Source of the DNA: Myxococcales bacterium
GTDB taxonomy: Bacteria > Myxococcota_A > Polyangia > Fen-1088
DNA length: 64,000 bases
Assembly: GCA_003157775.1 (NCBI GenBank)
Contig: PMKP01000350.1
Span: 2,741 to 66,740, forward strand
Direction: 5' to 3'
Part shown: piece after piece, positions 28,725-38,529 of the stretch
Numbering within the stretch: the first letter of the stretch is position 1
Layout: every line of letters begins with the position of its first letter
The notes under the pieces: generated by a model
The model's database searches: none
What the model was told of the DNA's origin: nothing
The model's input: only the letters and a program-made list of their open reading frames with translations
Program-made: the position numbers and the translations under genes

Positions 28725-29490
28725 GCGCGTGGCGGACGACCCATCGTCGCGGGTTGTGTTCGGCGTGCGGCCGGTCGAGGAGCTGTGCCGGGCACGGCCG
28801 CGCGAGGTAGCGGTCGTGTACTTGGCTGAGGGGCATCGTTCGCGCGAGATCGACGTGGCGGTGGCAACGGCCAAGGATCGCGGCATTGCGGTCGAGATCC
28901 GGCCTCGCGCCCTGGTGGCCGGGCTGGCCGGGGCGCCGGCCCATCAGGGCATCGTGGCCATTGCCGGCGAATACCACTACTGCCGCATCGAGGACATGCT
29001 GGCGGCTGCGCAAGCGGCGTCCGAGGAGCCGCTCCTTCTGCTGCTCGACTGCATCACCGACCCGCAGAACTTCGGCGCCCTGGTGCGCAGTGCGGAGGTG
29101 CTGGGCGCGCATGGAGTGATCATCCCTGACAAGCACGCGGCCCCGGTGACCGGCGCGGTGGTCAAAGCCTCGGCAGGCGCCAGTGAACGCATGCGCATTG
29201 CGCGGGTTCGCAACCTGCTCGGCACTATTGATTGGCTTGGATCGCAAGGCGTGCGGGTGTGGGGCGCGGCTGCCGAGCGGGGCGTGCCCTTGGTCCAGGC
29301 CGAGCTTATCGGCCCCACGGGTTTGGTGGTGGGCGCAGAGGGCCGCGGCTTGCGTGAGGCGGTGGCTCGTCGTTGCGCCGGCATCGTGCAAATCCCCCAG
29401 CGCGGGCAAGTCTCGTCGCTCAATGCCTCAGCCGCGGGTGCGCTTCTGCTCTACGAGGCCATGCGCCAGCGCCTGATTGCGCGGCCGTAG
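28705..29490 (+). CDS. rlmB: 23S rRNA (guanosine-2'-O)-methyltransferase RlmB (SpoU/TrmH family)
   Basis: SpoU motifs LLLLLDCITDPQNFGALVRSAEVLG, GLVVGAEGRGLR and QIPQRGQVSSLNASAAGALLLYE. The TAG stop lies inside REP copy 4. Confidence 0.8.
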   Translation: MRWPESRRVADDPSSRVVFGVRPVEELCRARPREVAVVYLAEGHRSREIDVAVATAKDRGIAVEIRPRALVAGLAGAPAHQGIVAIAGEYHYCRIEDMLAAAQAASEEPLLLLLDCITDPQNFGALVRSAEVLGAHGVIIPDKHAAPVTGAVVKASAGASERMRIARVRNLLGTIDWLGSQGVRVWGAAAERGVPLVQAELIGPTGLVVGAEGRGLREAVARRCAGIVQIPQRGQVSSLNASAAGALLLYEAMRQRLIARP

Positions 29491-29509
29491 GGGCGACCTG
29501 CGGTCGCCC
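29487..29509. repeat. REP-like palindromic element copy 4
   Basis: GTAGGGGCGACC-TGC-GGTCGCCCG. Wedged between the rlmB stop (TAG 29488-29490, part of the element) and the convergent GH105 stop (TAA complement at 29511-29513). Confidence 0.7.
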
Positions 29510-29510
29510 G

Positions 29511-31268
29511 TTAGCGGGCCTCCATTTCGGCCGCTGCCAGCAGAATGGCGCACAACCCGTGGGAAGAGTTCGTCTTCGTTGCCTGGCTGACGTAGAGGGC
29601 GTAGGTTGGCTCCGCGTTCATGCCTTGCACAGCACCGGTGATGCTCGGCGACCCAGAGGCGTCGGTGGTAACTTTGGTTTGCAGCCCAGTCCAGCCACTA
29701 TTGGCCACCGAGAGATAGCTGGAATCGATGTAGCCACGGTTGACTGCGACCTTCAGCGCGTAGACGAACATTCCGCTCGCGGAGGTTTCGGTCCAGTTGT
29801 CGCTCTTGCTCCCCTGGTCCATGACCTGGTACCAAAGCCCGGTCTTCGCGTCCTGGGTGGTCTTGAGCCCAGCCGCCAAGCCGGTGAGATTGGCCAGCAG
29901 GTCGCTGCGGCCGGTCTGATCGGCAGGCAGGTCGCCCAAGGTGTCGACCAGGGCCATGGCATACCAGCCCATGGCGCGGCCCCAGATACAGGGTGAGCGG
30001 CCGTTGGCATCAGCCCAGTTGGGCTTGGTCGTACCGGTGGGATTGTTGTCCCACCACGCGTGGTAGTAAAGGCCGGTTGCCGTGTCCAGGGTGTGTTGGC
30101 CGACGAGAGTCGCTTGCTTGACGACGGTGGAGCCGCAGAAAGTGCCGCAGGTGCCAAACACGGCCCCGTAGCGCGCGAGGAAAGGCTCGCCCATGTAGAT
30201 GCCGTCGAGCCACATCTGGTTGGGAAGCGCCTGCTTGTGCCAGTAGCCCCCGTCACCATTGGTAGGAATTTTGTCGTAGAAAGCCCGAACTGTGTCGGCC
30301 GCGGTTTGGTATTTCGCCAATCCGGTTTGTTGATACAAGAAAGGCAGCAAGACGGACGGCTGCATGTCGTCGAAGGCGACGAAGGCCGTCCCAAGGTTGA
30401 TCACTCCAGCGGCGCTCACGTTTTCGTCGATGTACTTCTGGATGTATGCCAGATAGCGGGAATCACCGGTGTGACGGTAGACTTGCTCAACTCCCCGCAA
30501 CACGATGCCGTGGTTGTATTCGAACCCGGCGGTTGCGTCGATGCTGGCTGGATCAGGCCATTTGCTGAGTATCATGTTGGCAAAGCGCACTGCCAGTGAG
30601 TCGGACGCAAGGGTGCCGGCATCGCCCCCGCTCTGGCCTGCAGCTCCTGCGTCGGTAGCGCTTCCCCCGCCGCCCGAGCCGCCTTTGCTTGTCGTGCCGC
30701 CTGCGCCACCCTGGCTGGTTGTCCCCCCGGAGCTAGTCGTGCCACCCGTCTTGGTCGCGCCTCCGCTGCCGCTGGAGCCGCCCCGGCCTCCGGCGCCCCC
30801 GGATGCGGTTCCGTTGCCGCCGGCCCCGGCCTGGGCGCCACCAGTTGGTGCAGCGCCTCCGCTTCCTGTGACACCGCCGGATCCGGCGCCTCCGCTTCCT
30901 GTGACACCGCCAGCTCCGACACCTCCGCTTCGGTTGACGCCGCCGGTTCCGCCGCCGGCAGCCCCGCCGGTTCCACTAGAAATCGCCGTGCTGCCGGCTT
31001 GGCCCCCGACGCTGCTACTGCCTCCAGTCTGGGCCGCGCCGCCTGTACCAGACGATCCGCCGTTTTGCGCGCTGCTGGAACCACTCTGCCCGCCGCTCGC
31101 TGCCGGCGAAGAGCTGCCCGATGTGCAGGCAACCGCGCCCAACGCCAGCAGGAAGCAGATCATGCCTCCCGCAGTCAGCACCGGTGTCCCAAAGCCGCGC
31201 GTGGCGGACGATCCACGGGGTTTCGGTTGACAGGGAACACTGGACGATCGTGCCGTCGGGTTGGACAT
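29511..31268 (-). CDS. secreted glycoside hydrolase family 105/88 (unsaturated rhamnogalacturonyl hydrolase-like) with Gly/Ser-rich linker
   Basis: AGGAG SD 6 nt before ATG at 31268. Signal/lipoprotein-type N-terminus (LLALGAVAC), then about 170 aa of G/S/T low-complexity linker, then a YteR-like catalytic domain (NQMWLDGIYMGEPFLARYG, HAWWD, CIWGRAMGWY). Confidence 0.8.
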   Translation of the reverse strand: MSNPTARSSSVPCQPKPRGSSATRGFGTPVLTAGGMICFLLALGAVACTSGSSSPAASGGQSGSSSAQNGGSSGTGGAAQTGGSSSVGGQAGSTAISSGTGGAAGGGTGGVNRSGGVGAGGVTGSGGAGSGGVTGSGGAAPTGGAQAGAGGNGTASGGAGGRGGSSGSGGATKTGGTTSSGGTTSQGGAGGTTSKGGSGGGGSATDAGAAGQSGGDAGTLASDSLAVRFANMILSKWPDPASIDATAGFEYNHGIVLRGVEQVYRHTGDSRYLAYIQKYIDENVSAAGVINLGTAFVAFDDMQPSVLLPFLYQQTGLAKYQTAADTVRAFYDKIPTNGDGGYWHKQALPNQMWLDGIYMGEPFLARYGAVFGTCGTFCGSTVVKQATLVGQHTLDTATGLYYHAWWDNNPTGTTKPNWADANGRSPCIWGRAMGWYAMALVDTLGDLPADQTGRSDLLANLTGLAAGLKTTQDAKTGLWYQVMDQGSKSDNWTETSASGMFVYALKVAVNRGYIDSSYLSVANSGWTGLQTKVTTDASGSPSITGAVQGMNAEPTYALYVSQATKTNSSHGLCAILLAAAEMEAR

Positions 31269-31438
31269 GGAGACTCCTGTGGACGTAGTGCGGGGAAGAA
31301 TATGCCGTTCGAGCGCAGGGCGTTGGGCTTGACGGGAAGAATTATACCAGGGGGCTTGCCCCACGGTGACGGAAGCAACAACCGATTTGGCACCCGGGCT
31401 GGGTCTGCTAGATTTCTCCGCTCGGAGGTAAATTGTAT

Positions 31439-32521
31439 ATGTCACGCATTCCCGTCGCTGTGGTTGGTGCCACTGGGCTGGCAGGCCAGGAGTTCCTGGT
31501 TTCGCTGGCCGGGCATCCGATGCTCCAGGTGGTGAAGGTCGCGGCGTCCAGCCGCTCGGCCGGCAAGACCATGGCCGATGCAGTCAAGGACGACAAGGGT
31601 GCCTCACGGTGGTTCTGCACCGAGCCCCTCCCGGGCGAAATGGCCGGCCTCAAGGTGGAGGATTCGGCAACCATTACGACCGACGGCGTGCGTCTGGTGT
31701 TTTCCGCGGTGGAGGCGGACGTGGCGCGCGAGTTGGAACCCCGGTGCGCCGCTGCCGTGCCGGTGATTTCGACCGCGAGCGCCTTTCGCTACGAGCCGGA
31801 CGTGCCGATTTTCTTGCCCGGCGTGAACTGGGACCACGCCGGTCTCATCCAGGTGCAGCGCAAGAAGCGCGGATGGAAGGGGTTCATCACCCCGGGCCCG
31901 AATTGCACCACGGTCGGCCTGGCCATGACTTTGCGTCCGCTTGACCTTGCGTTCGGTATTGAACGCGTGATCATGACTTCGATGCAGGCGCTGTCGGGCG
32001 CGGGCCGCTCACCCGGCGTCACCGCCATGGACATCCTCGACAACATCATTCCCTACATCCCCAAGGAGGAAGAGAAGGTCGAGCGCGAGACCACAAAGAT
32101 CCTGGGCAAGCTGGTCGGAGAGGCCATCGTGCCGGCGCCGATCTCCGTGTCCTGCACCTGCACCCGCGTGAACGTGCTCGAAGGCCACACCGAGTCGGTC
32201 TTCGTTCAGTTGAAGCGTCCCACCCATCTTGACGATGTGAAAGCGGCGTGGCGCGAGTTCGGCTCCGACCTGGCCGGCCTGGCGCTGCCCTCGGCGCCCC
32301 AGCACCTCATCGCGATCCGAGAGGATCCCTATCGCCCCCAGGTGCGGCTGGACCGCGACGAGGAGGGTGGCATGACCACCGTGGTGGGACGCCTGCGCGA
32401 GGATCCCGCCCTGCCCAACGGCATCAAGTACATCCTGGTGTCGCACAATACCCGCATGGGCGCGGCCAAGGGGGCCATTCTGGTGGGCGAGTACCTCATC
32501 AAGAAGGGCCATATTGTTTAG
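31439..32521 (+). CDS. asd: aspartate-semialdehyde dehydrogenase
   Basis: GGAGGT SD. VAVVGATGLAGQEF NAD(P) motif and catalytic Cys region (SMQALSGAG). About 360 aa. Confidence 0.85.
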   Translation: MSRIPVAVVGATGLAGQEFLVSLAGHPMLQVVKVAASSRSAGKTMADAVKDDKGASRWFCTEPLPGEMAGLKVEDSATITTDGVRLVFSAVEADVARELEPRCAAAVPVISTASAFRYEPDVPIFLPGVNWDHAGLIQVQRKKRGWKGFITPGPNCTTVGLAMTLRPLDLAFGIERVIMTSMQALSGAGRSPGVTAMDILDNIIPYIPKEEEKVERETTKILGKLVGEAIVPAPISVSCTCTRVNVLEGHTESVFVQLKRPTHLDDVKAAWREFGSDLAGLALPSAPQHLIAIREDPYRPQVRLDRDEEGGMTTVVGRLREDPALPNGIKYILVSHNTRMGAAKGAILVGEYLIKKGHIV

Positions 32522-32628
32522 GCGGAAACTGCGCCTTTTGTCGCGAACTGCGCATGTGGTATTAGCAAACGATTTTCGCTAGTTACGCCAGAAACCTTCT
32601 AGACTTTCATGACGGCGCGGCGACTTGG

Positions 32629-33753
32629 GTGCACAATTGGCGTCCGGGATACAGCGATTCGGGGTCCAAGCTCGTGCAGCAAGCGATATCACTACCAAGT
32701 CAGCCGTTGCTGAAGTCGAACGGCGCGCGGGTCAAGCCAGAGGAGTTGAGCCGTCTAGCAGGCCTGTTCGCAGCCAAGTTGAAGGCTGGCCTTTCGCTCG
32801 GGCAAGCGCTTTATGCCCTGTCAGTCGAGTCCAAGAACCCGCGTCTGGTGGCGGCGCTGAAAGGGACAAAGGCGAGCGTGGACGAAGGCCGCCCTTTGGG
32901 CGAAGCCCTGCGCGACTACCCAGAGGTGTTTGACGAAATCACCGTGGCCTTGCTGGGTGCGGGCGAGAAGAGCAATCGGTTGCCCATCGAGTTGCAGCGC
33001 CTGTCAGCGTACCTTGGCACCACGGCGAAGATCGCGCTTGGCCTAAGCGGCGCGACCACCCGGCCCCTCGTCGGTTTCGGCGCCGGTATGCTGATCCTCC
33101 TGGTCGGCCTCGCCCTCGCGGCTCCTCGCGTGGAGCCCTTCCTGCGGGGCCTGCCAGAGCGAGAATGGCCAGTGGCCACGCATCTGGCTATCCAGGTCTC
33201 ACATGTCGCGCGATCTATCTTGCCGGTCGTACTGGCCGTGGTCGCTCTCGCTTATGCGAGCTTCCGCCTGCTAGTGCGCGGAGATAAGGGTCTGCTTTGG
33301 CGGAACGGGGTGCTTTTGCAGGCACCCATCATCGGGTCGCTGTGGCGGGCCAAGGCGGTGGCGCACTTCACCCGCACCACTGGGGTACTGGTCGCTGCCG
33401 GCATCCCCGTGCTGGAGGCTATGGAAAGCGCGGCGATGACCGCGGGCAACGTGGCGGTGCGCGGGGCCGTGCTACTGGCCGCGGACAAGGTCAGCAAGGG
33501 CCGCGATTTGCCGACTGCGCTCGCCGAGGTCGGGCTGGTCTCGCGCTCGGAAATCAACACCATGCGAGCGGCCGAGCGGCGCGGAACCCTGGGTGAGACG
33601 CTGATGAAGGACGCCGAGGCGGCCGACGCCGATCTGTTGAGGCGCATCAACCGGGTGAAGAACGCAGCGCAGTCGGCGACAATATTGCTGCTGGGTCTGC
33701 TGATCGCCGGCGCGTTGTTGGGGTTTGTCGGGCTCGCCCTGGCCAGCCACTAG
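32629..33753 (+). CDS. type II secretion system F (GspF/PilC) family protein, orphan
   Basis: Two T2SSF domains and three TM helices. No secretion ATPase or pilin genes adjacent. The GTG start is uncertain. Confidence 0.65.
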   Translation: MHNWRPGYSDSGSKLVQQAISLPSQPLLKSNGARVKPEELSRLAGLFAAKLKAGLSLGQALYALSVESKNPRLVAALKGTKASVDEGRPLGEALRDYPEVFDEITVALLGAGEKSNRLPIELQRLSAYLGTTAKIALGLSGATTRPLVGFGAGMLILLVGLALAAPRVEPFLRGLPEREWPVATHLAIQVSHVARSILPVVLAVVALAYASFRLLVRGDKGLLWRNGVLLQAPIIGSLWRAKAVAHFTRTTGVLVAAGIPVLEAMESAAMTAGNVAVRGAVLLAADKVSKGRDLPTALAEVGLVSRSEINTMRAAERRGTLGETLMKDAEAADADLLRRINRVKNAAQSATILLLGLLIAGALLGFVGLALASH

Positions 33754-33755
33754 GT

Positions 33756-35690
33756 TTATCTCCACCCGATTCGGTACCCGGCATCGACAACAAAGCCGCC
33801 TGTGTTGCCCACAATCACGTCTCTACTCGACAGCTCGCCCAAAGACATGGCCAGGTAGCGCAGGCCGAGCACCACCTGGGACCGCCGCAGCAGGAAGGCG
33901 GCCTCGATCAAGCCCTCGCAGGAAAAGGCTAAGCTGTGCCCCGGAATTTCGCTGCCGAGGGCATGAAGACGAGCCTGCGCCAGTACGAGCCCCGCGCCCG
34001 CACCGGCAGACAAGGCAAGCCGGTCGAGGCGGTAGCGATAGCTGGCCTGGGCCAGCAGGGGAATCTGGTCAAGAACAACGTCACCTGCCCCGGCGCTGTT
34101 CCAGGAGAAGAAGCTGCTGTGCAAGTAACCGGCGGTCAGGCCGAATGCGAAACCGGCGAGGCTAGTGTGGAGCGAGGCCATCGCCTCGACGAACAGGGCG
34201 ATGCCTGGTGGTTGGTGTAGGTTCCACAAGAGGCCCAGGCGAGGCGTGAGCGTGTAGCGCGTGCCTTGCACCGGTGGGGGCGGCGGCGGCCGGCGCGTGA
34301 ACAGGGAAAGCGGGATACGTTCTATGGCGTGTCCACTGTCGAGGACGGCCTCCACCTCCATGGCCTGGCGACCGGTCGGCACGGCGGGCGGCCGGAGCAA
34401 GAGCATCACGCGGCCGTCCTGCGTGGCCCGGGGTGAAGCCGGCTGGCCATCGACCAGCACCGCGGCTTCGCCTGCGTCGGTGGGATTGCCGAAGGCATCC
34501 TGTGCACTCAAAAATACGCGCAGGCTGCGAGTCGGGGCCGCTTGCGACGGAACTGCCTCCGCCTGCAGCATGAGGTGGGCAGTAGGCGCCGAAATCAGCA
34601 CCACGTCCGCTTCTGCGGTCACGTCTGGCTCTCCGCGCAGCGAGGCCATGAGGTGGAGAGTCGGGTCTTGCAGGGAGGCCGGCACGCGCACCAGGAACCG
34701 GGCCTCGCCCTCGGCGAGGCTGCCGAGAGGCTCGGGCTGTGGGCCAGAAGACTCCAAGACGATCGTGGATGCGTCGACCAGTCTCCCCGATGGCTCTGCG
34801 GCCAGCACGGCGACCTCGCCGACGCTCCCGGCGACCAGCTTCTCGGGGGCCACTACCAACGCGCGCCGCGCGCGCGGAATCGCGAGGTCCAGAAGCTGCT
34901 GGCTGGCCTGGCCGCGGCTGTTAACCGATTGGGCCAGGGCGAAATCGACACCCGGAGGCACGACCACGGGCACGTGGACGTTGCCGTCCGCGGGCGCGAG
35001 GACAGGCCCGAACTCCTTGTCCACGACTTTCACCGTGACCCTGGCGCCGGGGTCAGTGTGAAAGCCCGGACTGGTGGCAGCACGCAGGCGCACGGCCAAG
35101 GCCCCGCGCAGAATCAGCGAATCATGCGAGAAATCGGCGACCAAGATGGCCACCTGGGGAAAACGAGTGGAGGGCAGGAGAAAGCGGGCCGAGAAACTGG
35201 TCGGTCCCTCGCGCACCAAGTCCTCCACCCGGCCGGCGCTGCACAGGATTCGCGGAAATGGCAACGGCGACGCGAAGGCTCCGGTAGCCACGACGCGCAG
35301 TTCGGTTTCGTGTTCCATCCCAAGCACCGGCGCCGGTTCCGCCAGCGACAGGGTCACCCGCGCTGGCGGCACTGGCTGCTGGGCGCGCATCTCGATCGCA
35401 TCCTCTGACAAGACCTGTCCGTCCGTTGCTGGGCGCTGGGGTGGGCCGGTGGGGGCTTGGCTGTCACCGAGGCTAACGTCGTCCGCACTGGCATCTGCCT
35501 GCTTGTGCGCTGGCGTCTCCTGGGGCAACACCGCCGCGGCTTCCCCATGCCCACCATCGGCAGGCTCTGCCTCGCGTACATCGCCGGCGTGGCCGGCATC
35601 GGTTCTCGTCGCGCCATCTGGTGGGACCTCGGCCGCGTCGACCCGCGCCCCCAAAAGCAAAACCAGGACCAAGGCCATCATTCTTTCCAA
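33756..35690 (-). CDS. large secreted protein with Ig-like middle region and putative C-terminal outer-membrane beta-barrel
   Basis: Signal peptide MERMMALVLVLLLGARVDAAEV. C-terminal 200 aa of alternating hydrophobic strands. Last gene of the coupled HK operon. Confidence 0.5.
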   Translation of the reverse strand: MERMMALVLVLLLGARVDAAEVPPDGATRTDAGHAGDVREAEPADGGHGEAAAVLPQETPAHKQADASADDVSLGDSQAPTGPPQRPATDGQVLSEDAIEMRAQQPVPPARVTLSLAEPAPVLGMEHETELRVVATGAFASPLPFPRILCSAGRVEDLVREGPTSFSARFLLPSTRFPQVAILVADFSHDSLILRGALAVRLRAATSPGFHTDPGARVTVKVVDKEFGPVLAPADGNVHVPVVVPPGVDFALAQSVNSRGQASQQLLDLAIPRARRALVVAPEKLVAGSVGEVAVLAAEPSGRLVDASTIVLESSGPQPEPLGSLAEGEARFLVRVPASLQDPTLHLMASLRGEPDVTAEADVVLISAPTAHLMLQAEAVPSQAAPTRSLRVFLSAQDAFGNPTDAGEAAVLVDGQPASPRATQDGRVMLLLRPPAVPTGRQAMEVEAVLDSGHAIERIPLSLFTRRPPPPPPVQGTRYTLTPRLGLLWNLHQPPGIALFVEAMASLHTSLAGFAFGLTAGYLHSSFFSWNSAGAGDVVLDQIPLLAQASYRYRLDRLALSAGAGAGLVLAQARLHALGSEIPGHSLAFSCEGLIEAAFLLRRSQVVLGLRYLAMSLGELSSRDVIVGNTGGFVVDAGYRIGWR

Positions 35691-36625
35691 AGCCTGCCAC
35701 CCGAGGGCTGCAGCGACGGCGCACGCGGGGGCAGGCGCAGGCGCAGGACCTTGTCCACCGCCTTCTGCCGTCCCACAGTGTCTTCGGCTTCCACATGGAC
35801 GCGGGTTTGAGGTTCTGACACCTGCACGCGCGCGAGAAAGCTACCGTCGGACGCCACCGGCGTCTCTTCGCCATTGACCCGCACGCGCGACGAGGGGCTG
35901 GCGTGGCCTCGGATGTTGGAGAGGCCCTCGGATTTGTCGTCGTCGGGCCAAATCACCCAGAGCAAGATTTGCTCGGGGATGGGCTCGGGATCGCTGGGGG
36001 CTGCCCCGGGGAATGCCGTGCTTTCGTTTCCCCCGGGTACCAGCACTTGCTTGCCCTGGGATTCAAAGCGGGCCGCGCCTTGGGACGCCGCCACGCTGAC
36101 CTTTCCGCTGGGCGACATCGACACCGCGAAACTTGCGGTGCCCACGTTGGTCGTGCGGGTGTCGAGGGCATCGATCTCTAAGGTTTCGTCGTCGTTGCCC
36201 ACCTTGGCGGAAAGCCGTTTCCCGCGCAGCAGGTCCACTTTGGCGGTTTTCTTGTCGAGCTTGTCGACGCGCAGGTCCATGTTGTCGCCCAACTTGATCT
36301 CGACGCTGCCCCGAAGCAGAGAGGCGCTCGAATCGTCATGGGTACGAATAACGTCTTTGGACGAAAGCACGTGTCCAGCACGCGCAACGTACCACTGGCC
36401 GTTTTGGAAGGCCTCCACACTGCCGGCCAGAGTGCTGAGCCGAAACTGGGTGGGCTCGGCCAGCCGCATGCGGGGCACCGGCGACGGCAAGCCGACCGGC
36501 ATTTCGGGCCGTCTGCGCTCGAAAAAGAAGCGCGATACCAGGGTGGCCGCCGCGAGAATGGCGACCACCAGGACGATGGCCGCCACCTGGAATCGGGAAC
36601 TGGGGTTCCTGCCGCGGGGGCTCAT
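35678..36625 (-). CDS. FecR domain-containing membrane protein
   Basis: TM helice VAAIVLVVAILAAATLV followed by a periplasmic FecR-type beta domain (FQNGQWYVARAGHVLSSKDVIRTHDDSSASLLRGSVEIKL). 4-nt overlap with the HK gene stop. Confidence 0.7.
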   Translation of the reverse strand: MSPRGRNPSSRFQVAAIVLVVAILAAATLVSRFFFERRRPEMPVGLPSPVPRMRLAEPTQFRLSTLAGSVEAFQNGQWYVARAGHVLSSKDVIRTHDDSSASLLRGSVEIKLGDNMDLRVDKLDKKTAKVDLLRGKRLSAKVGNDDETLEIDALDTRTTNVGTASFAVSMSPSGKVSVAASQGAARFESQGKQVLVPGGNESTAFPGAAPSDPEPIPEQILLWVIWPDDDKSEGLSNIRGHASPSSRVRVNGEETPVASDGSFLARVQVSEPQTRVHVEAEDTVGRQKAVDKVLRLRLPPRAPSLQPSGGRLWKE

Positions 36626-38529
36626 GCGAGGAGACTAGCTCCTTCACTTATGGGGAAAGTGAGCAAGAAGGTCGTGCCTTGGCCGACCTCGCTTTCCACT
36701 CGGATGGTGGCGCCATGGTCCTCGATGATCTTGTGCACCATCGAAAGCCCGATGCCGGTGTCGGTTCGCTGCGCTTTGGTAGTGAAGAAGGGATCGAAGA
36801 TGCGAGACAGTTGCTCGGGCTTGATGCCGTGCCCGGTATCACTCACGCGCAGCCGGAGCAGCTTGTCCTCCGGCTGAGTGGTCTCGATGGTGAGGGTGCC
36901 ACCCGAGTCCATGGCTGCCCTGGCGTTTTGGATGAGCTGTATGATCGCGGCTTGCACCTGCAGGGCACTGCCGCGGATGGGTGGGCTGGGGCTGGGCACG
37001 TGCTTGACCACGGCAATGCCCGCGTCGGCCAGGGTCTTGGGCCCGCACAGATCGAGCGCATCGTGAATGACCTGAGAAAGATCGAATGGGCGGAAGTGCT
37101 CGCCCGACTGCTTCTGCGAGAAGCGCAGCAGATTGGCCACGATACCCTGAATGCGCGCAGCCTGTTCCTCGATGTCCTGAACCAATGGCCGGGCGGGGTG
37201 GCCGTCGGGCAGATCGGCCAGCAGGATCTGCGCCAGGCCGAGCACGCCGGTGAGCGGATTGTTGATCTCGTGTGCGACCCCGGCGCCGAGCGAACCGATG
37301 GCGGCCAGTGAGCGCGAGCGCAACAAGAGATCCTGTGCGTCGCGCAGTTCCTTGGTTTTTTCCTCGACCCGCTTTTCCAGAGTGACGTTCCAACTCTGGA
37401 TCTCCTCGGTCCGCAGGAGGATCTCGCTGCGCGCCGCCGAGAGCGAGCTGGCCATGGAGTTGAATGCCTTGGCCAGCTCGCCCAGCTCGTCGTTGGAGGC
37501 AACCTCAATCTCGGCGTCCAACTTGCCCTGGGCGATGTGGCGCGCTCCCTGCACCAAGGTGCCGACCCGGCTGGCCAGCGAGCGCGCCAACGCCGCACCG
37601 ACCACCGCGGCGACGAACGCCGCCACACCCACCCAGTAGATGGTGGTCCAGGTAAGGCGCCGTGCTGGCCGCAGGGCTGACTCGACCCACCGTTCGACGA
37701 CCACACCCAGGCCAAAGGCAAGCGTTGGCACGTAGGCGCCGATGACCGAGTGGTCGTGGCTCGGGTACTCGGCCACGAACCACGCGGGCGGCAGCGAGCC
37801 TGGTTTGCCCTGCGGCAGGCGCTTGGGCTCGAGAGGAGTAGTTCCCGCTCCGCGGCCGGAAACCACGGTGCGGCTCTCGCGGTCGAGCAGCAAGATGTCA
37901 CGGTCGATCGACGAAAGCGAAGCCAGATGGTCGGCGATGCGGCGCAGGGACGCGGCGGCCACGATGATGCGGGGATCCTCGTTGGCCAGGCCCTGGTAGC
38001 GGACCGCCAACACCACATGCGGCACGTGCGCGCTGCCGGCCACGAAGATCGAGCCCACCGCGCTCCCCTCGCGCAGAACCGCTTCGACGGGAACATGCAC
38101 AGGGAGACGGGCCACGTCCTCGATCGGAATGATCTCATGGGTTCCAAAGGAAGGGTTTCTGGGCGGGACCGACTGGAAGGCAGCCGGAACCACCGGCTGT
38201 CCCTCGGTGTCGAGCAGAGCCACCACGCTGAAATCGTCGCTTTGGTGGTACACGAGCTGGAGGAACTTGCGCAGGGCCTCGGCGGTCGGCAGCGTGCCCC
38301 CCGCGCGGGTGAGGTCGAGAATGCGTGTCTCGACCGACATAGTGGCCTGCAGGTTGGTCAGGTGGCTGGCGACGTACTCCGAGATTTGGCGTGCCAGCAG
38401 AACCTCGTGGCCCTCGATGGCCTCGCGCAAGGCCGCCTGGCTGACCCGGATTGAGGAATAGCCGGCGATGGCCAGTGGCACGGCAGCTACGCCGATTGAG
38501 AGAAGCGCGAACTTGGGCAGCAGCTTCAT
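36622..38529 (-). CDS. sensor histidine kinase with large periplasmic Cache-like domain, HAMP, HisKA, HATPase_c
   Basis: TM1 at about aa 5-27, roughly 250-aa periplasmic domain, TM2. H-box LAAIGSLGAGVAHEINNPL. N, G1 and G2 boxes (DTGHGI, GTGIGL). Confidence 0.85.
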   Translation of the reverse strand: MKLLPKFALLSIGVAAVPLAIAGYSSIRVSQAALREAIEGHEVLLARQISEYVASHLTNLQATMSVETRILDLTRAGGTLPTAEALRKFLQLVYHQSDDFSVVALLDTEGQPVVPAAFQSVPPRNPSFGTHEIIPIEDVARLPVHVPVEAVLREGSAVGSIFVAGSAHVPHVVLAVRYQGLANEDPRIIVAAASLRRIADHLASLSSIDRDILLLDRESRTVVSGRGAGTTPLEPKRLPQGKPGSLPPAWFVAEYPSHDHSVIGAYVPTLAFGLGVVVERWVESALRPARRLTWTTIYWVGVAAFVAAVVGAALARSLASRVGTLVQGARHIAQGKLDAEIEVASNDELGELAKAFNSMASSLSAARSEILLRTEEIQSWNVTLEKRVEEKTKELRDAQDLLLRSRSLAAIGSLGAGVAHEINNPLTGVLGLAQILLADLPDGHPARPLVQDIEEQAARIQGIVANLLRFSQKQSGEHFRPFDLSQVIHDALDLCGPKTLADAGIAVVKHVPSPSPPIRGSALQVQAAIIQLIQNARAAMDSGGTLTIETTQPEDKLLRLRVSDTGHGIKPEQLSRIFDPFFTTKAQRTDTGIGLSMVHKIIEDHGATIRVESEVGQGTTFLLTFPISEGASLLA

